Shown here in pieces: positions 20,578 to 30,042 of a DNA stretch of 64,000 nt. Origin of the DNA: Desulfomonilia bacterium (GTDB lineage Bacteria > Desulfobacterota > Desulfomonilia > UBA1062); assembly GCA_050014195.1 (NCBI GenBank), contig JBEKDT010000005.1, positions 128,001 through 192,000 of the forward strand. Reading direction: 5' to 3'. Under the pieces are notes generated by a model. That model was given only the letters and a program-made list of their open reading frames with translations, had not been told where the DNA came from and did no database searches. Numbering within the stretch: position 1 is the stretch's first letter; each line of letters starts with the position of its first letter. Position numbers and translations under genes: made by a program.

Positions 20578-20593
20578 TGCAAACATGGTGCCA
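20578..20593 (-). promoter_or_regulatory. Sigma54 (-24/-12) promoter
   Basis: Minus strand reads TGGCACCATGTTTGCA = TGGCAC-N5-TTGCA consensus; AT-rich upstream region. Confidence 0.8.
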
Positions 20594-20763
20594 CAGGACG
20601 TTTGTGGCATAACATATTGTTATTTTATGTAAAAAGGTGCTGCCACCCTTTGGGGCATTGATTCACTAATAGAAATTTTCTTACTCTTTTTAAGAAATAA
20701 ATTTCATACCTTATTCCATTTTACTGCAATATGGATAATGTTACCCTTGATTCGACAGACGGA

Positions 20764-22305
20764 TCAGGACGGGCGATGCTTTACGGGAAATCCTCTCATT
20801 CCCATAATCCACAGGAGCCCGAAATACAGAGCACCGCCAAACACCACACAAAGAAGCAACACAGCGCCGCTTTTTATTGTCAACCCCGTTCTCCACAAAT
20901 ACCTATGGGCTAAAGGTATCAGCGTAATACCCATAATTGCTGCGGCGGCAATCATCTTTCCATACTGTCTGAGGTACTCTTTGGGAATATGGATTTCCGC
21001 CTTTTTCAGATACCTATGTTGAACAACGAGTTGAGCGAACACCGAGATACTGCTTGCAAGGGCGATCCCTGCATGCTTCAAGAACGGCATGAGGATAAGA
21101 CAGAATACAATATTCACAACGAGACTCAGCCATGAAATGTTTACTACGACCTTGGCCTTCTGCATGGCATAGAGCGCCTGGGTCTGTATGCGCGCATATC
21201 CCACTGCCCAGAGGCTTAATCCATACATCTGTAATGCATAGGCCGACGCCAGTGCATCATTGAACGTAAAGGCCCCGCGTATGAAGAGGATCGTAAAGAT
21301 GGGCCTGGCCAATACACATGCGCCTACAGTTGCCGGGATTGTGAAGAGCAGCACTGCCAAAAGACCCCTGCCCATGAGAAAAGAGAATTGTTCCGTGTCC
21401 ATCCGTGCAGAAGCGGAGCTCATGGCAGGCAGCATCACATTGCCCACGGCAAAGGCGAATATCCCTAGAGGGAGCTCGAGTAATCTATTGGCATAATAGA
21501 GATAAGAAACACTACCTTCAGAAAGCAGTGAGGCAAAGAGTGTCCCTATAAGCACATTGATCTGGTAGATGGAGGCCCCGATGGCCGCTACACCTAAAAG
21601 GCGGAATACCTGCTTTACCCGCGAGGAATGGAAGGTGGTAGTGAAACGCAAGGGAATTCCTCGCTTCAATAAAGGGGGCATCTGGATGATGATCTGAGCG
21701 ATCCCTCCGATGATCACCCCCCACGCAAAGGCATCCGCAGGCGAAGAGAATATGTGGAAGACCACAAAACAGAGCAGCGGCACAGAGATCATGAAGAGGT
21801 TCATGAGGATCGGGGCAGCGGCAGGCGCTGTAAAGTGGCCTATGGAGTTGAGTATCCCCATAAAGAGCACGGCAACACCGATCAGGAGTATGTACGGGAA
21901 CATGATGCGGGTAAGGTGAACCGTAATGCCGAAAACACTACTGTGGAGAAATCCAGGAGCCATGACGGCCACCAAGGCAGGTGCGATGATCTCGCCGAGG
22001 ATCACTACCACCACCAGGCCGTAGAACATCAATGTCATGATCTCCTGGGCCATGCGGTAGGCACGATCTATCCCCTCACGCTCCTTGACCTCGCTGAATA
22101 CAGGGACAAATGCAACACTGACCGCTCCTTCGGCCATGAATCTCCTCAAGAGATTGGGGATCCTGTTTGCAACAACAAAGGCATCGGCAAGAGGCCCCGC
22201 CCCGAGAAGCCAGGCCATTACCATGTCACGGATAAAACCAAGGACACGGCTTATAGCAGTGAGCCCACCGACCGTAACAACATTCTTCCTGAAGCCATCC
22301 TTCAT
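20764..22305 (-). CDS. murJ: Lipid II flippase MurJ (MviN)
   Basis: SRVLGFIRD, ADAF-VA-RIPNL-RR--AEGA, LYYANRL-ELPLG. Confidence 0.95.
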   Translation of the reverse strand: MKDGFRKNVVTVGGLTAISRVLGFIRDMVMAWLLGAGPLADAFVVANRIPNLLRRFMAEGAVSVAFVPVFSEVKEREGIDRAYRMAQEIMTLMFYGLVVVVILGEIIAPALVAVMAPGFLHSSVFGITVHLTRIMFPYILLIGVAVLFMGILNSIGHFTAPAAAPILMNLFMISVPLLCFVVFHIFSSPADAFAWGVIIGGIAQIIIQMPPLLKRGIPLRFTTTFHSSRVKQVFRLLGVAAIGASIYQINVLIGTLFASLLSEGSVSYLYYANRLLELPLGIFAFAVGNVMLPAMSSASARMDTEQFSFLMGRGLLAVLLFTIPATVGACVLARPIFTILFIRGAFTFNDALASAYALQMYGLSLWAVGYARIQTQALYAMQKAKVVVNISWLSLVVNIVFCLILMPFLKHAGIALASSISVFAQLVVQHRYLKKAEIHIPKEYLRQYGKMIAAAAIMGITLIPLAHRYLWRTGLTIKSGAVLLLCVVFGGALYFGLLWIMGMRGFPVKHRPS

Positions 22306-22339
22306 GTCGGTGGGCTCTTAAGATTGTAAAGAGGCCGTA

Positions 22340-23047
22340 TTAATTCCCCACGACCTTTGCCCTGATGCGGGCATCCTTGGTCTTGATATTCTCCTGATCG
22401 GTCTCCACATGGAACAAACTGAAAAAGAAATTATCAATCTGGGTTGGCTGATATCGCAATTCAACCGAAATGGACTTGCCGGCGTCCAGCTTCACCTTGC
22501 CCTGCTGGGAAACGAAAAGCACGTTTGAAGGATTTGCGGATATACTGGTAATAGTAATGGGCTCTTTACCCTTGTTCGTAATAGTGATCATCTTCTTATT
22601 TATTGAACCCACCTTTACCGTTCCGAAATCGATCTCCATAGGCACGATGGAGAGGACCTCCACGATCTTAGCCTTCATGGTCAACTTCAGAACCGGCATG
22701 GCCGGATCATTGGTCTCGACCTCGATATTCTTTGTATAATCTCCTCTCATATTTCTGGCGGAAATACTTACAACAAGCTTCTGCGTCTTTCCCGGCTCAA
22801 TTTCCTGCCCTCCCGGGGCAGTCACTGTTGCCCCTCAACAGGGCTTGGGTTTGAATGTAAGCTTCTGGTCGCCGACATTCTTGAATATAAACTCGTGTGA
22901 TAAATCCTTACCCTCGGGGATTGATCCCGCATCGTAGACAGTCTGGTCCACCTGAATCTTCGCTGCTGCATGGCAGATGGTCTCAGCGATGAGGGAAAGG
23001 GTGAGACAAGCTACGAACAAGATCGCAAATCTTAAGAATTTACCCAT
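22340..23047 (-). CDS. Exported DUF1573/Ig-like domain protein with in-frame UGA at 22835-22837 (candidate selenoprotein, 235 aa if read through)
   Basis: ORFs 22835-23077 and 22340-22825 are in the same frame, joined as KPKPC-UGA-GATVTAPG; signal peptide; F-FKN-G, I-PG, K-I-V-TND pattern spans the UGA. Confidence 0.75.
22805..22821 (-). promoter_or_regulatory. Putative bacterial SECIS hairpin
   Basis: CUGCCC-CGGGA-GGGCAG at +14..+30 after the UGA; G-containing loop about 20 nt from the UGA. Confidence 0.5.
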
Positions 23048-23161
23048 AGAATCACCTCCGTTTTTTATGGCTAACACAAAACCTACACGTTTTCCATAGG
23101 GTTTTGGAGACCATCTTGGGTTCGTGTTGACTTTTCATACTCGTAAGAATACATCTAAGCC

Positions 23162-24301
23162 ATGCGCGGAAAACTGGAACACCCGAGAGGACTCATCGAG
23201 CTCATCTCTGTCGAAGTGGAGCGGATTGACAACGAGTACCGTGAATTATGGCTGAGTTTTGAGTATACATGCCCCGGTGGTGAGTATAAATCCGCCATGG
23301 TGCTGCCCATCAGCAACTCCAAAGAGATGGCGAACTTCTTTTTCAAAGAGCTTATCAGCGAGGCCAAGCACCTCTCCGAGATTGAGAAGAACGAGACCCT
23401 GAACGTCGGCCTCTATGTGGCCAACAAGACAGATACCATGCTGCCCATAAAGAACCTGTGCCAGCGGGTCATCGATGTACTCAATACCGAAGAAGATCTC
23501 CATGAAAACCGCGAATTTATAGATCTGTGCACATCAGGGTTCCATTTCAAGGATGGCTCAAACAGTCTCAGCACCAAGGGCTTTGAGGAGCGTTTCAAGA
23601 TATTCATGGGCCGCGCCACGGAAAAGATGTCGCAAGGCTACTATACCATAGCCGCAGACGACCTTGAAAAGGCGAACATCCTGTGCGCAACCAGCCCCTT
23701 CATATCAAAGCTCATCGGCATATGCCACCGTGAACTCGGGCATCTTGATCTTGCGCTGGATATGTTCAACCGCGCCATGGAGCTCGGCGACAAAGAAAAG
23801 GATACCTATCTCTATCTCTCTGAGATCCATTTCTTCTTAAATGACATGGAACGTGCATACGTTATCCTTGAAAAGATGCTCGAAGAGCATCCTGATGATA
23901 TAAGGGCCCTGGTGGAGATCGCCAACATCAAGTACCAGATGGATAAGGAGTATGTTACGTATCTGGACAAGGCCTATGCCATTGATGCAGAGCAGGCTCA
24001 AAAGACTATCCTCCAGACCTTTATGTTCAAGAAGGTCGGCGGAGGCAAGAAGATCCGCATATCCATCGAGGAGGCATCAAAGCTCCTGGGCATTCCGGAG
24101 CAGAGCATCAGGCAACTTGCCCTCAGCAACCGGATACCCGTGAGGGCATTCCCGGATAACGATGAGATGGTGCTGGACGAGAACGAGCTCAGATCATGGG
24201 CATACGTTTACAGGAGATACAAGCTTCTTCAGGATGAAATCGAGAGAGTTCACACTCACCCGGGAGGGGATAAAAATCAAGGCATGGCTCTACTTTCCTG
24301 A
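23162..24301 (+). CDS. TPR protein with C-terminal excisionase/MerR-like HTH
   Basis: TPRs (LIGICHRELG, YLYLSEIHF); ISIEEASKLLGIPEQSIRQLA...IP. Confidence 0.75.
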   Translation: MRGKLEHPRGLIELISVEVERIDNEYRELWLSFEYTCPGGEYKSAMVLPISNSKEMANFFFKELISEAKHLSEIEKNETLNVGLYVANKTDTMLPIKNLCQRVIDVLNTEEDLHENREFIDLCTSGFHFKDGSNSLSTKGFEERFKIFMGRATEKMSQGYYTIAADDLEKANILCATSPFISKLIGICHRELGHLDLALDMFNRAMELGDKEKDTYLYLSEIHFFLNDMERAYVILEKMLEEHPDDIRALVEIANIKYQMDKEYVTYLDKAYAIDAEQAQKTILQTFMFKKVGGGKKIRISIEEASKLLGIPEQSIRQLALSNRIPVRAFPDNDEMVLDENELRSWAYVYRRYKLLQDEIERVHTHPGGDKNQGMALLS

Positions 24302-24992
24302 GCCGGCGCCGAAAGGCCTGCTTCCAGCATTAATCTTCTGCCACGGGATACCAGGCTCAAACCCAGACCCCAATGACAGGGGTTATATCCCCCTTTTTGA
24401 GGAGTTCACACACAGAGGGTTTGCATGTGCCACCTTCAACTTCAGGGGATGCGGCCTCTCTGACGGCAACATCGACATGAAAGGCTGGGAAAGCGACCTG
24501 GCCTCTGTAGTCGATAAGGTATTCGACAGCCCCGGCATAGACCCGAAATCCATCCACTGCATCGGGTTTTCCGCAGGAGGGGCAATAGCCTGCAAGATCG
24601 CTGCATATCAGAAGGAGATCTCGAGCCTGCTTTTAATGGCCACCCCCCAGACCTTCGTGGATATCCTCCCCAAGGACCCATCTCTCCTTCATGCGCACTT
24701 CCTCAGCATCGGGACCATACGGGACAGCTCGTTTCCGAGTGATCTCGCCAAGTGGTACAACAATTTCCTCGAGATAAAACCCGCCCATTGGCTGCCTTTT
24801 ATCTATCCCCGTCCCGTGGGTATCGTACATGGAGATTGCGATGAAACCGTCCCCGTAGGGCATGCAAAGATTCTTTATGATGCGGCATGGCAGCCCAAGA
24901 AACTGACCATATTGGAAGGTGCAAATCATCAATTAAGAAAAGACCCCCGGATAATCCAGGTCATCCAAGGCTGGTTGAAAGAGGTTCTGTAG
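24234..24992 (+). CDS. Alpha/beta-fold hydrolase
   Basis: CHG, FNFRGCG-S-G, GFSAG nucleophile, HG--DETVP, GANH. Confidence 0.9.
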   Translation: MKSREFTLTREGIKIKAWLYFPEPAPKGLLPALIFCHGIPGSNPDPNDRGYIPLFEEFTHRGFACATFNFRGCGLSDGNIDMKGWESDLASVVDKVFDSPGIDPKSIHCIGFSAGGAIACKIAAYQKEISSLLLMATPQTFVDILPKDPSLLHAHFLSIGTIRDSSFPSDLAKWYNNFLEIKPAHWLPFIYPRPVGIVHGDCDETVPVGHAKILYDAAWQPKKLTILEGANHQLRKDPRIIQVIQGWLKEVL

Positions 24993-24998
24993 AAGCAC

Positions 24999-25661
24999 AT
25001 GGACAACCCTGAAAACATCTATCTCCCCATCTTTGTGGACTTGACAGGCAAGCTCGTAGTGGTGGTAGGAGGCGGTATGGTGGCTGCCCGGAAGGTGGAA
25101 TCGCTGGTAAAGGCAGGGGCAATAGTAAAGGTCATCGCACCGGTGGTGGTCGACGAGATAGTTCAGTATCCGGATGTCCGGATAGAATTGAGGGAGTACG
25201 AAGAGGACGATCTGGAGGGTGCCTTTCTGGTTATTGCAGCCACAGACAATGATAAAACCAACCGAGCCGTGAGCGAAGAGGCCCTTGACCGACGTATTTT
25301 CTGCAACGTGGTGGACAGGCCCGATCTCTGTTCATTCATCGTGCCCTCGGTTGTGGAAAGAGGTCCCATCAAGGTCGCCATCTCCACAGGCGGCTTCTCC
25401 CCTGCCCTGTCCAGAAGATTGCGGGCCTGCATCGGCAAGAACATCGGTGACGAATATGTCGGCCTGGCCGCCATCCTGGGGATGATCCGCCCGATCGTCC
25501 GGTCTCAGGAAGGTAGCGCCGAAGACCACAAGAGGGTCTTTGAGCTGCTCATCGACTCGGAGCTTATTGATGCCGTCCGCTCGGGTGATCGCAAACAGGC
25601 CGAGGATATCCTCTTCCAGGCCCTCGGAGAGCATATCGATCTCAAGGGGATCATACCATGA
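24999..25661 (+). CDS. Precorrin-2 dehydrogenase / sirohydrochlorin ferrochelatase (SirC/Met8/CysG N-terminal type)
   Basis: VVGGGMVA-RK, AATD, NVVD-P-LC-F, ISTGG-SP. Confidence 0.92.
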   Translation: MDNPENIYLPIFVDLTGKLVVVVGGGMVAARKVESLVKAGAIVKVIAPVVVDEIVQYPDVRIELREYEEDDLEGAFLVIAATDNDKTNRAVSEEALDRRIFCNVVDRPDLCSFIVPSVVERGPIKVAISTGGFSPALSRRLRACIGKNIGDEYVGLAAILGMIRPIVRSQEGSAEDHKRVFELLIDSELIDAVRSGDRKQAEDILFQALGEHIDLKGIIP

Positions 25662-26470
25662 CAATATCTGTGGTCCTCCTCCTTTACTTTTTAGCCAGCC
25701 TCGGCTTCATCACCTATCTCTTCTTAAAAAAAAGGGGGGGGCAAGCCCCATTGAGGATATTGTACGCAGCCTGTGTTGCCTGCCATCTCCTCTTCGTCAT
25801 TACCCTTTGGCACACCACAGGGCAGTTGCCCATGGCCACGCCGGCCCAGGCAATCAATATGCTTATCCTCTTCTCATCGTTGGCCTTCATGCCCTTTGTT
25901 CTGAGGAAAAACACCACAGTGCTCGCTGCCTTCTTCCTGCCGGTTGCCGCCTTTGTACTCGCCTTCATCGCCGCTTCCCTGCAGCCCGGCCATGAGGTGA
26001 TGATCGCCTCCTCCCGATACTGGTACCCGCTCCACACGATAAGTGTGATTATGGGGGAGGCCTTCTTTGTGGTGGCAGCCATTGCCTCGGTGGTATACCT
26101 CATCCACGAGCGGATCATCAAGAAAGGCTCCATCCATTCGTCCGTATCCGCCCTGCCGCCGCTGACATTGCTGGATTCCATCCTCTATATATCGCTTGCG
26201 CTGGGTTTCTTTGCCATTACGATAGGAATGATACTCGGAGGCCTCTGGGCATCATCCATGGGGCTCAGGTTCAGCCATATCGCCCCCAAGGTGCTTGCAG
26301 GCGGCCTGACATGGTCCGTGTTTGCCGTAAGCTTGCACCAGCGATATGCAATCGGCTGGAAAGGAAGGCGCACCGCCATCATCACCCTCATAGGATTCAC
26401 CTTGATGGTGCTGCTCTTCATCGCAATCAACCTTGCCTTCCCTGATTCCCACGGAATAAGGCTCATCTGA
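25658..26470 (+). CDS. CcsA/HemX-family cytochrome c assembly membrane protein
   Basis: About 8 TM helices, conserved His, LPPL--LD, G--WA, GWKGRR; position before hemA. Confidence 0.85.
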   Translation: MTISVVLLLYFLASLGFITYLFLKKRGGQAPLRILYAACVACHLLFVITLWHTTGQLPMATPAQAINMLILFSSLAFMPFVLRKNTTVLAAFFLPVAAFVLAFIAASLQPGHEVMIASSRYWYPLHTISVIMGEAFFVVAAIASVVYLIHERIIKKGSIHSSVSALPPLTLLDSILYISLALGFFAITIGMILGGLWASSMGLRFSHIAPKVLAGGLTWSVFAVSLHQRYAIGWKGRRTAIITLIGFTLMVLLFIAINLAFPDSHGIRLI

Positions 26471-27705
26471 TGGAGAGGATCTGCTGTATCAGCATAAACC
26501 ACAAGAACGCCCCTGTAGACATCAGGGAGCGCATCAGAATCAGTCCCTTGGATATCCATGCCATCATGGAGGAGGATTCTGAGGCATTCCCCTTAAATAC
26601 CTGCAACCGGACCGAGGTGTACTGGACATCCCTGGATAAACGCTCTGTCTTTAAACTCCTGGGAAACCTCTCGGGCATCGACGAAGCAGGTTTGCGGCGG
26701 GTATCCGAATATCGTATCGGCAGGGAGGCGGTCCGCCATCTTTTCATGGTAGCATCCGGCTTGGATTCTCTCGTCATCGGCGAGCCCCAGATCTTGGGGC
26801 AGATGAAGGACGCCTACCGGGAGGCCCTTGCAGCCGACACGACCGACACCATCCTGAACAAGGCCCTCCACCGGGCATTCAGAACGGCCAAGCGCATCCG
26901 CACCGAGACCAGCATCGGGAACTATCCCGTCTCAGTGGCTTCAGAGGCGGTGGAACTGGCAAGCCATATATTCACAGATATCGGCGAGAGCACGGTTCTC
27001 ATCATCGGTGCAGGAGACATGGCAGGCATCGCGGCAAGGCGTTTAAAGGATAGGGGGGTAAAGCAACTGCACATCGTCAACCGAACCCACAGCGCAGCCT
27101 GTGACCTTGCCCAAGAGCTCGGCGGAATTGCGATACCCTTTGAGCACCTGTCAGATGAACTCTCAAAGAGTGATATCGTCATCACCTCCACAGGATCTGC
27201 CCGCCCTATCATCACCAAAGACCTTGTGGCCTCGGCCATGAAAACCAGAAAGAATAGACCCATCATCATCATCGACATCGCAGTTCCGAGGGATGTGGAG
27301 GATGCTGCAGGCAAGTGCTATAACTGTTATCTCTACGACATCGATGCGCTCAAGACCATCGTTGACAAACACTTTGCCCATAGGGAGTCTGAAGCAACCA
27401 GGGCGATTTCCATCATTGACGATGAGACCGACAAGTTCGAAAAATGGCTTGGTTCGCTGTCGGCCCAATCTACCATTAAGGATTTGTTTTCACTCATGGA
27501 TGCCCATATCGAAGACCAGCTTAGAGGACTCAGCGTCTCCCGGGAAGAACGCTCATTGCTGGAGCAGAGACTCCGCGCATCATACAAACGACTGCTGCAC
27601 CGGCCCGTGAGCTTCCTGAAGGAGCACCCTGACATGAGATATATCGAACATGTACGAAGGATATTCCAGCTCGATGAAGACTATTCGGATCGGTACAAGG
27701 GGTAG
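26470..27705 (+). CDS. hemA: Glutamyl-tRNA reductase
   Basis: TCNRTE, SGLDS-V-GEPQILGQ, IGAGDM, DIAVPRD. Confidence 0.96.
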   Translation: MERICCISINHKNAPVDIRERIRISPLDIHAIMEEDSEAFPLNTCNRTEVYWTSLDKRSVFKLLGNLSGIDEAGLRRVSEYRIGREAVRHLFMVASGLDSLVIGEPQILGQMKDAYREALAADTTDTILNKALHRAFRTAKRIRTETSIGNYPVSVASEAVELASHIFTDIGESTVLIIGAGDMAGIAARRLKDRGVKQLHIVNRTHSAACDLAQELGGIAIPFEHLSDELSKSDIVITSTGSARPIITKDLVASAMKTRKNRPIIIIDIAVPRDVEDAAGKCYNCYLYDIDALKTIVDKHFAHRESEATRAISIIDDETDKFEKWLGSLSAQSTIKDLFSLMDAHIEDQLRGLSVSREERSLLEQRLRASYKRLLHRPVSFLKEHPDMRYIEHVRRIFQLDEDYSDRYKG

Positions 27706-28564
27706 TGCCCTGGCCCTGGCCCAGGCGGAGATGGTGAGATCGGCGCTGCTCAAGGCAGCGCCCGGGGTAACCCTCAAGGTTCTCACCTTCAAGACAACGG
27801 GGGACATCCTGGTTGACGCATCGCTGGACACCATCGGAGGCAAGGGTGTGTTCGTCAAGGACATCGAGCGGAGACTCATTGACCACAGTATCGACCTGGC
27901 GGTCCACAGCCTGAAAGACATGCAGGCACTCCTGCCCCAAGGGCTTGTGATCGGTGCATATCTTATACGGGAAGACCATAGGGACATGCTCTTTTCACGG
28001 GGAAACTACAGCCTGGAAACCCTGCCGAAGGGCTCCCGCATCGGCACTTCCAGTATGAGGAGGAGATGCCAGCTCAAGATGTTCCGTCCGGACCTTAAGG
28101 TAGCGGATATCAGGGGGAATGTGCCGACCCGCCTGAAGAAACTCGGTGACGGACTCGATGCCGTCATCCTTGCGGCAGCAGGCGTCATCAGGCTTGGATT
28201 GCCGCTGGGCGTTGCCATTGATCCCCAAATAATGATACCCTCTCCCGGCCAGGGCATCATTGCCGTGGAGTGCAGGTCCGACGACCAGGATATTTTAGAG
28301 ATGCTCCGGAGCCTCAACCATGCAGCTACAGAAGTCTGTGCCGAGGCTGAGCGGGCCTTTCTGGCCACCCTCGGACAGGATTGCAACCTCCCTGCAGGTG
28401 CATTTGCCGTCGTGATCGGGGAAGAAATATCGATCACCGGAATGCTCGGTTCCCCCGACGAGACGGCCGTGGCAAGGATGTCGCTCATGGGAAAGACACC
28501 GGAGGTGGGAAGTCATCTGGCAAGAAAACTGATGGAAAAGATACACGGAAACAGTGCATTATGA
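27674..28564 (+). CDS. hemC: Hydroxymethylbilane synthase
   Basis: IGTRGS-LA, GGKG-FVK, VHSLKD, GTSS-RR, RGNV-TR, cofactor Cys in DCNLP. Confidence 0.95.
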   Translation: MKTIRIGTRGSALALAQAEMVRSALLKAAPGVTLKVLTFKTTGDILVDASLDTIGGKGVFVKDIERRLIDHSIDLAVHSLKDMQALLPQGLVIGAYLIREDHRDMLFSRGNYSLETLPKGSRIGTSSMRRRCQLKMFRPDLKVADIRGNVPTRLKKLGDGLDAVILAAAGVIRLGLPLGVAIDPQIMIPSPGQGIIAVECRSDDQDILEMLRSLNHAATEVCAEAERAFLATLGQDCNLPAGAFAVVIGEEISITGMLGSPDETAVARMSLMGKTPEVGSHLARKLMEKIHGNSAL

Positions 28565-30042
28565 AGGTATTTCTCATTGGGGCAGGTCCGGGAGACCCGG
28601 AACTCATCACCCTTAAGGCCAAGCGCATCCTTGAAGGATGCGACGCCGTGGTCTATGACGACCTTATCCCCGAGGAGATCTTGGGGCTTGCTCCCGGGAA
28701 TGCCCGGAAGATCTATGTGGGCAAGCGCGGCGGCAAAGAATACATGAAGCAACCCGAGATCAATGATCTTCTGGTCAGCCTTGCCCGGGAAGGGCTCATA
28801 ATAGCCCGGGTCAAGGGTGGAGACCCCTGCATCTTCGGCCGAGGCGGCGAGGAGGCCCTTTTCCTGGCCGAGAACGGCATCCCCTTCGAGATCGTCCCCG
28901 GCATCACCTCTGCAATTGCCGGCCCCATCAGCGCGGGCATACCGCCAACACACCGGGGGCTCGCAGCTTCCGTGACATTTGTCACCGCCCACGAAGATCC
29001 CGCCAAGGAATCCGGATTCCTTGACTGGTCTCATCTGGCCAAGGAACCCGGCACCATCGTCTTTCTCATGGGTGCAGGCAGGATAGGCCCCATTGCATCC
29101 CGTCTCATGGAAGAAGGCATGAGAGCAGACACGCCTTGTGCCGTAGTCCAGGATGCCACCACCTCCTCTCAACGCCTTGTTGTCTCTACCCTTGAATCGA
29201 TAGGACAGGAGGCCGAACTTAAGCACATAGCCTCTCCGTGCATCATAATCGTAGGCAAAGTGGTGGGTCTGAGTGAAAAGCTCTCCGGCAAGAATGACCT
29301 CCCGCTTGCAGGCATGTCGGTCCTCATTACCCGGCCTGACCACCTGGCCCTCGAGACAGCCTCTCTCTTTGCATCCAAGGGCGCCCGGGCAGTGGTCTAT
29401 CCGCTCATTGAAATCTCTCCGCTCTCCTTTGAGCTCCCGGATCTGAAGACATATGACATGCTCATCTTCACCTCACAGAACGCGGTGAGCCTGTTCTTTG
29501 ATAAACTGTTTTCACATGGCCAAGATGCCAGGGCCTTTTCCGCCATCGAGGTCTTCTGCATCGGGCCCAAGACGCGGGATATCTTGAGATCCTACGGGAT
29601 CATCGCCGACGGTATGGCTCAAGAATTCCGGGCCGAGGGGATCGTGGAACTTCTCGGGGCAAGGGATCTTATCGGCAAAAAGGTGTGCCTGCCCCGTGCC
29701 AAAGGGGCAAGGCCCTACCTTGTGGAGGCCCTGCGGGAAAAGGGTGCAAAGGTGGATGAGATCATCGTCTATGATACCATCCTTCCTCGCAGTGCAACTC
29801 GTGAAGGATTCATGCAGGCCCTTCATGGCGTGGATACCGCTGTATTCACAAGTCCGTCCGGCATCAGGCATGCAGTTGAGCTCCTGGAGAGTAATCCTGC
29901 CACACTTGCCTCCAAGAGACTCGTTGCCATCGGTCCGGTTACGGCCAAGGCCATGGAGGGGTATGGCCTGACTCCGTCCCTTATCGCCGACGAATATACC
30001 GATGAAGGCATCATCAGGGCTTTGTTGGGGGAGACACCATGA
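28561..30042 (+). CDS. cobA: Uroporphyrinogen-III C-methyltransferase / uroporphyrinogen-III synthase fusion (CobA-HemD)
   Basis: GAGPGDPELIT, KGGDP--FGRGGEE, then ITRP, FTSQNAV, IGP-T, FTSPS. Confidence 0.93.
   Translation: MKVFLIGAGPGDPELITLKAKRILEGCDAVVYDDLIPEEILGLAPGNARKIYVGKRGGKEYMKQPEINDLLVSLAREGLIIARVKGGDPCIFGRGGEEALFLAENGIPFEIVPGITSAIAGPISAGIPPTHRGLAASVTFVTAHEDPAKESGFLDWSHLAKEPGTIVFLMGAGRIGPIASRLMEEGMRADTPCAVVQDATTSSQRLVVSTLESIGQEAELKHIASPCIIIVGKVVGLSEKLSGKNDLPLAGMSVLITRPDHLALETASLFASKGARAVVYPLIEISPLSFELPDLKTYDMLIFTSQNAVSLFFDKLFSHGQDARAFSAIEVFCIGPKTRDILRSYGIIADGMAQEFRAEGIVELLGARDLIGKKVCLPRAKGARPYLVEALREKGAKVDEIIVYDTILPRSATREGFMQALHGVDTAVFTSPSGIRHAVELLESNPATLASKRLVAIGPVTAKAMEGYGLTPSLIADEYTDEGIIRALLGETP

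Noticed and set aside
20604-20620. Divergent plus-strand sigma54 promoter (TGGCATAACATATTGT)
   Set aside because: The -12 element is mis-spaced and lacks GC; no plus-strand gene follows
28381-28560. N-terminal extension of CobA-HemD (similarly for hemC, GH13, rnz, arfB and the hydrolase)
   Set aside because: Extensions overlap upstream genes or repeats; family motifs begin at the downstream ATG
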